DNA from: an uncultured Gammaproteobacteria bacterium
Lineage (GTDB): Bacteria; Patescibacteriota; Patescibacteriia; Magasanikbacterales; UBA922
Length of the DNA stretch: 64,000 nucleotides
Assembly (NCBI GenBank): GCA_964612105.1
Contig: CAZTEU010000003.1
Coordinates: 3,050 to 67,049 of the forward strand
Direction of reading: 5' to 3'
Shown here: positions 58,857 to 64,000 of the stretch, piece after piece
How positions within the stretch are numbered: position 1 is the stretch's first letter
Layout of the letters: each line of letters begins with the position of its first letter
Translations under genes and position numbers: made by a program
The notes under the pieces: generated by a model
Told to the model about the DNA's origin: nothing
Database searches by the model: none
What the model saw: only the letters and a program-made list of their open reading frames with translations

Positions 58857-60038
58857 CTAAGAAACTACTTGTTTTAATTTCCACATACCATCTTTTTTCT
58901 CCCATAGATGTGGTAATCTGTATGCGTCAACAACTTCCCAAAATCTTTCTTCAGATATATCAAGATATTTTATAAAGTCTTGAAAATATACTGACGGAAA
59001 CTCTCCATCATACCTTTTTACAAGTGCAATAGCTTCGTCTCTATCTATGTGACCAGATCTTATTTCCATCATTGCATCACGAGTTGCTCTACCCATACCA
59101 AATTTAATATACCCCAAATACCAATGGAAGCCATCTGTTTTATCATCCAAACTTGCATACTTTGAATGTGTCCCTTCTGACCTACCGTCTGGATTTACTT
59201 CAAAACCAGTATTTTTTGAGGCGTAGTAAAAATTTTCTTGCGGTACCCACTTCTTGTAATAGCTCATCCAGTGTGTCTGTATACCTGCATTTGCTAGTTC
59301 TTCATATTTTGGTGGCTGATAGAATAAAAACCTGTTTGGATTCGCCTCTTCTGCAGTTAATATTCCCAATTCTCTACCTGCTTCCAATACAGTCTCTACA
59401 CCAGCACCTTTATAATGGAAGTGGTCCCAGTCATCTATAGATTCATATGATTTGAGAGCATCTTTCATAGAACCGCCATACTCAGCCTCACCATTCTCCC
59501 CTAAAAATATTAATTTAATATCAAACTTAAGAGCTATGTGAAAGGCATATGAATTCTGACCGTATGTAAACGGCTCCCATGCATCTCCTTTTACTTCGAA
59601 AGCAGTCCTTGCTAATTTACGATGAAGTACCCCATCTTGATAGCAAGACAGCACATTAAATCCAGATTGTACAAAATTATTAAAATTCTTCCAACCTATA
59701 TCTGTATATATAAATGGTGCCCAAGTTACACACAGAGGGTGCATTCCGTACTTCTCTTTTAAGACGTGGGCAACATACCCACTATCTTTTCCTCCACTAC
59801 CTGGAACAATAATGTCAAAACTACCATCTTTTGATCTGTGCTTATTGAGAAGTTCTACTAATTCCTGCTCCCTAGCATCCCAGTCTATTTTATTCTCTTT
59901 ATATTCCGCATAATTACACGCAGAACATACTCCGTTTTCGTCAAACACTATTCTTGGACGCTGATTGGAGACAACACACTTTTTGCAAAATACCACCTCT
60001 CTTGGTAGTGCATCTAATTGCTTATCTAATATCTTCAT
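58857..60038 (-). CDS. N-acetyl sugar amidotransferase (WbuX/PseA-like) 2
   Basis: FCKKCVVSNQRP, PGSGGKDS, GENGEAEYG, SLDDK, KFGMGRA; start moved to ATG 60038. Confidence 0.88.
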   Translation of the reverse strand: MKILDKQLDALPREVVFCKKCVVSNQRPRIVFDENGVCSACNYAEYKENKIDWDAREQELVELLNKHRSKDGSFDIIVPGSGGKDSGYVAHVLKEKYGMHPLCVTWAPFIYTDIGWKNFNNFVQSGFNVLSCYQDGVLHRKLARTAFEVKGDAWEPFTYGQNSYAFHIALKFDIKLIFLGENGEAEYGGSMKDALKSYESIDDWDHFHYKGAGVETVLEAGRELGILTAEEANPNRFLFYQPPKYEELANAGIQTHWMSYYKKWVPQENFYYASKNTGFEVNPDGRSEGTHSKYASLDDKTDGFHWYLGYIKFGMGRATRDAMMEIRSGHIDRDEAIALVKRYDGEFPSVYFQDFIKYLDISEERFWEVVDAYRLPHLWEKKDGMWKLKQVVS

Positions 60039-60073
60039 ATGTGTAATTAAAGAATACCTCCCCAATAACTAAA

Positions 60074-61519
60074 TTATATTAACAAGTCTTCTATCTCATT
60101 TGAGATAGTGTTCTTTATAGTAGAAGAGCTGTCTTCATTTTTCTTTTCCTCCAACACCTTCTTGCCATCAATAAATATCATAATAGTATTTTCATCTGTT
60201 TCTATACGAATATCTTTTGATTTTAAGTTATCGAAACTTTGATTCTCAGACAGCTTGTTCTCAATAATCCCAGCTGCGATTGTTTCACCCGTTATTTCAT
60301 GTATTAATATGAAACTCCCAGTTATATGATTTTCTACGTATGGATCAAAAGAAATATCCCTTTCGGTTCTTATTGAGACCTTACATATGTCATTAAGATT
60401 AATTGATTCTGGCGATAACTTCCTGTATGCAAAATCTTTTAGAGAAAGGGTAGATTTTATTTCCAAAACAGAACAAAACATTTGGTTTGTAGTATGTTTA
60501 ATTATATATCTACCTGACATGTTTTCTTTTGCAGTATCAGAAGCAAACCAAAGCAGAGTTGCCTCAATCTTATTTGAAATAATTAGAGACTCATCCCTAG
60601 CACTGGTAAACATATCTCCTCTCGATATGTCTCTTTCTTCTTCAAGAGTTATGACAACACTATCTCCTGAAGTCGCACGGCGTAACTTATTCTTACCTGA
60701 AAATATGTCTTTTATTCGTCCTTTTTCCAGAGATGGAGATACTGTAATAAAATCACCAACCCTAACATGACCAGATTCTACTGAACCAGCATATCCTCTG
60801 AAATCTTGATGAGGTCTTAGTACACATTGAACTGGAAAGCGAAATTTTAGCGTTTCTTTTTCACTAACACTTATATTCTCTAGATATTCGTATACTGTTG
60901 GTCCGCTGTACCAATCCAATTTGTCTGATCTATTGAACACCATGTCTCCTTTTAACGCTGATATAGGAATACATTGTATGTTATTTATACCACACATTTT
61001 GCCGAATATAGTAATTTCTTTCTTAATTGATTCAAAATATGTTTTATCATATCCATGATAATCCATTTTATTCACCAAAACTGCAATATTACTCACCCCA
61101 AATATGCTTGCTATATATAAATGTCTTTTTGTTTGTTCTGTAATTCCGCCCCTAACATCAATTAGTAGTAATGCTATGTCTGCATCAGAAGCTGCGGTTG
61201 CCATATTACGAGTATATTGCACATGCCCTGGCACGTCAGCAAATACATATCTTCTATTTGAGGTAGTTAGGTATCTATATGCAACATCTATAGTAATCTT
61301 CTGTTCCTTTTCTGCAGTAAGACCATCTGTAAACAAGGAAAAGTCCAACTCTCCATCTATTTTAGATCTCTTTTCTACATTTAGAATTTGATCCTGAGGA
61401 ACATTGTTCGTGTCATAAAGTAACCTACCCATAAAAGTGGATTTTCCATCGTCCACACTTCCGGCAGTCATAACACGTATCATTTCTTTACTTTTGTTTT
61501 TTTTCTCAAATAAATGCAT
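60074..61519 (-). CDS. cysN: Sulfate adenylyltransferase subunit 1 (GTPase), with no fused APS kinase
   Basis: AGSVDDGKST, ITIDVAYRY, DVPGHVQYTRNM, VNKMD, FRGYAG; start moved to ATG 61519. Confidence 0.93.
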   Translation of the reverse strand: MHLFEKKNKSKEMIRVMTAGSVDDGKSTFMGRLLYDTNNVPQDQILNVEKRSKIDGELDFSLFTDGLTAEKEQKITIDVAYRYLTTSNRRYVFADVPGHVQYTRNMATAASDADIALLLIDVRGGITEQTKRHLYIASIFGVSNIAVLVNKMDYHGYDKTYFESIKKEITIFGKMCGINNIQCIPISALKGDMVFNRSDKLDWYSGPTVYEYLENISVSEKETLKFRFPVQCVLRPHQDFRGYAGSVESGHVRVGDFITVSPSLEKGRIKDIFSGKNKLRRATSGDSVVITLEEERDISRGDMFTSARDESLIISNKIEATLLWFASDTAKENMSGRYIIKHTTNQMFCSVLEIKSTLSLKDFAYRKLSPESINLNDICKVSIRTERDISFDPYVENHITGSFILIHEITGETIAAGIIENKLSENQSFDNLKSKDIRIETDENTIMIFIDGKKVLEEKKNEDSSSTIKNTISNEIEDLLI

Positions 61520-61520
61520 A

Positions 61521-62429
61521 CTAAAAGTATCCTTGTCGTTTTTTCTCTTCCATGGATGAATCAGAAGTATAGTCAATTCCTCTATTTCTGCGCTCTGAGT
61601 ATTTGGCGTTCTTTACCTCCTCAATTATTTCTTCGACTGTGGTTGCGGTAGATGGTACCACCCCTGTGGACGGTGCACATCCAAGCGTCCTATATCTACA
61701 TACTAAAGATTCGACTTTCTCATTTGCACCAGACATTGTAAATTCGTCAACTCTCACTTTAATACCATTTCTTTCTACTATGTCTCTACGTTCTGCAAAA
61801 TATAGCGGAACCACTTCTATCTTTTCTCTCAATATATAGTTCCATATGTCTGTCTCCGTCCAATTTGATAATGGAAAAACTCTCATAGTCTCCCCAGCTC
61901 GCAATTCCGAATTGTATAAGTGCCACAATTCTGGACGTTGTTTTTTTGGGTTCCAGTCTGATCTGTTGGATCTAACTGAAAACACCCTTTCTTTTGCGCG
62001 AGATTTTTCTTCTTCTCGCCTTGCCCCACCAATAGCACCATCAAAACCGTGACTATCGATGGCTTGTAAAAGCGGTTTAGTTTTTTTATGGTAAATGTAG
62101 TAATCTGTGTTTGCATCCTCTCCTGACAAAGATTTTGCCTCTGCTGACTCTCCTTTATGTACAAATAGTTTTGCACCGACTTTATTTATATAGTAATCAC
62201 GAAATTTGATCATTTCAGGGAATTTAAAGCCTGTATCAATATGAAGAAGAGGAAAAGGAATCTTACTAGGATAGAAGGCTTTTTGTGCTAATCTTAGCAG
62301 AACAGATGAATCCTTTCCTATTGAATATAGCAAAACTGGCTTTTTAAAACTTGCAAAAGCCTCTCTAATAATATATATTGCCTCCGACTCTAGCTGTGAT
62401 AATGTTTTATCAAGACCCTTAGATTTCAT
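61521..62429 (-). CDS. cysD: Sulfate adenylyltransferase subunit 2
   Basis: LESEAIYIIRE, YSIGKDSSV, GGARREEEKSRAKER, QRPELW, RYRTLGC, SMEEKKRQGYF. Confidence 0.96.
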   Translation of the reverse strand: MKSKGLDKTLSQLESEAIYIIREAFASFKKPVLLYSIGKDSSVLLRLAQKAFYPSKIPFPLLHIDTGFKFPEMIKFRDYYINKVGAKLFVHKGESAEAKSLSGEDANTDYYIYHKKTKPLLQAIDSHGFDGAIGGARREEEKSRAKERVFSVRSNRSDWNPKKQRPELWHLYNSELRAGETMRVFPLSNWTETDIWNYILREKIEVVPLYFAERRDIVERNGIKVRVDEFTMSGANEKVESLVCRYRTLGCAPSTGVVPSTATTVEEIIEEVKNAKYSERRNRGIDYTSDSSMEEKKRQGYF

Positions 62430-62496
62430 ATCTTCAGTTTTACATGATAATGTATGTGTCAAATAGTGCCTTTAAAGTGCACTAATAACACGCGTC

Positions 62497-62525
62497 ATTA
62501 TAGTAAAATACCCCACTATTGTCAA
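62497..62525 (-). promoter_or_regulatory. Perfect-consensus sigma70 promoter for cysDN-amidotransferase-hisF-hisH
   Basis: TTGACA-17 nt-TATAAT on the minus strand. Confidence 0.8.
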
Positions 62526-62569
62526 TGTGCAAAAAAGAGGGTAAAATAACTCTACTAAATACTTTAAAT

Positions 62570-63484
62570 ATGTTACAACTATCAAATAATATATACAATT
62601 CTTGCAACAAGGCAATTTTCATTTCTGGATCCGCAAGGAGCGGAACAACCATATTGGGAAAAATAGTTAACTCTATGAAAAATGTGGAGTATGTTTTCGA
62701 ACCCCCTATTCTTTTTTCCTTGTTTAGATCATATAAGAACATGGAGGAAAATGCGTGGAAGCTTCTTTATGAGACTTATTTGTTTGAAGATTTTCTTATA
62801 GATTCTCTTTCTGGAAGAAATATTAACTGCAATAGGCACGACGATAGCTCAATTTATAATGTTAAAACAGAAAAAGAGGTCGAGGAACGACATGCAAAAA
62901 GCTGGAGACGGTCGGAGCTAGAAAATCTTTCAAGGGAGAGTATAATAGCGTATAAAATGCCAGATGTTGTAGACTTTATTCCGCAATTGCAACTTTATTA
63001 TCCAGGAACACGAGTGATTATACTTCTAAGACACCCTAACGATATACTGAATTCATTTGTTAACAAAGGATGGTTTACTGACGAGAGTCTAAAAAGCAAA
63101 AGTCAACTATTCTGGCCTAGTTGGGTTTTTGGTGATTATAAAATACCCCACTCTGTTAAAGAAGAGGACATCGATCAGTTTGTGTCTTCAAATGAGCTTG
63201 AACGGATAGCATACTATTATAATAGATCCTACAGCGCTATAGAGAAAATACATGGTGCTGTAATTGTTGATTATAAGGATCTTGTTAATGATACAGAAGG
63301 TGTTGTTTCAAACATATCAAAAAACTTTGGACTAGAGTTCGGAGACAAGACTCAAGAAATAATGGACTCTATTGTATCAGGACATGAAGATGTTAGTACT
63401 GATCTTTTGTCTAAATTAGACAAAAAAGAACAAGAAGATTTACTTTCTATATACGAAAAAACAAAAAAGTTTGGCTCATCTTGA
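62570..63484 (+). CDS. PAPS-dependent sulfotransferase
   Basis: 5'-PSB loop IFISGSARSGTT, FEP, YKMP, 3'-PB motif LLRHP.D.LNS; start uncertain. Confidence 0.8.
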   Translation: MLQLSNNIYNSCNKAIFISGSARSGTTILGKIVNSMKNVEYVFEPPILFSLFRSYKNMEENAWKLLYETYLFEDFLIDSLSGRNINCNRHDDSSIYNVKTEKEVEERHAKSWRRSELENLSRESIIAYKMPDVVDFIPQLQLYYPGTRVIILLRHPNDILNSFVNKGWFTDESLKSKSQLFWPSWVFGDYKIPHSVKEEDIDQFVSSNELERIAYYYNRSYSAIEKIHGAVIVDYKDLVNDTEGVVSNISKNFGLEFGDKTQEIMDSIVSGHEDVSTDLLSKLDKKEQEDLLSIYEKTKKFGSS

Positions 63485-64000
63485 TAACCCTACTTTTGAA
63501 GCTAATAATTCCACAAGTGGACCTAGTGCTCTCTTTTTTTTATCTATTTGCCCAGCCCCATCAATATCCCAAATTTGAGCTAAGTCTATTGGAGCACTCT
63601 CTTTGTACAAACCTGCTATAAAATCAATGAGTTCTTTGTCATTATACTTAAAATTCTCTAACTGATATTCAATTAGTTCTGGCAACTTTTGAACTGAATT
63701 ACACCTCTCCACCATCGATAGTGCTTTGTAAAAAACATCTCCAAACACTATAGCTGGCTTTTTAAGCAAAACCCCTTCCCAGGCCGCAGTACCTGTGACC
63801 GCTATCACCATCTTACTTTTTTGTATTAAATCCAAACTCGATGTTGAAGGATGAATCAATTTTACATTTGGTATTTTTTTTATCCGCTTGTAATAATCTC
63901 TAGGCCTCAACCCAATCATACAAGGGTGATCTTTGACATATAGTTTGTAGTGTATTGGAAGTGACCGGGCTATCTGTTCTATAAGCCACTGCTGGTCTGT
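63476..64000 (-). CDS. Second KpsS/Capsule_synth-like protein, 5' end outside the window
   Basis: Frame open to the window edge: DQQWLIEQIARSLP..YKLYVKDHP, then TGTAAWEG.LLKKP. Confidence 0.75.
   Translation of the reverse strand, partial: TDQQWLIEQIARSLPIHYKLYVKDHPCMIGLRPRDYYKRIKKIPNVKLIHPSTSSLDLIQKSKMVIAVTGTAAWEGVLLKKPAIVFGDVFYKALSMVERCNSVQKLPELIEYQLENFKYNDKELIDFIAGLYKESAPIDLAQIWDIDGAGQIDKKKRALGPLVELLASKVGLSR

Noticed and set aside
1-64000. CRISPR array, prophage, transposase, retron/DGR or alternative genetic code
   Set aside because: No regularly spaced repeats and no Cas, RT, phage or transposase motifs seen by eye; genes are intact under the standard code with TGA used as stop

Overview
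AT-rich bacterial chromosome segment read with the standard code. Compact genes, mostly Shine-Dalgarno-less starts, a solitary rplU and the surface-protein repertoire suggest a Patescibacteria/CPR (Parcubacteria-like) genome; this taxonomy is inference only. 1-13.9 kb: housekeeping genes (hppA, truB, rny, HU, two tRNAs, class B PBP, CtpA, MurA) plus a GC-rich orphan and a rod-shaped RNA candidate upstream of rny. 14-29 kb: dTDP-rhamnose genes using a plant/giant-virus-type NRS/ER enzyme, four GT2s, and two paralogous GT-C-like membrane proteins flanking a GC-rich CDP-alcohol phosphatidyltransferase. 29-36 kb: dnaB-ybaB-recR, a solitary attC-like structure, rplU, a subtilase and a Ca-binding surface protein. 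36-64 kb: a large modular surface-glycan island running off the right edge. It has two NeuB synthases, two NeuA cytidylyltransferases, NeuC, a formyltransferase where the N-acetyltransferase normally sits, two amidotransferases with a HisH/HisF pair, redox enzymes, GmhA, KpsS-like transferases, an ABC flippase, CysDN and a sulfotransferase. This island is the best candidate for an undescribed system. All product calls come from motif recognition; no searches were run.
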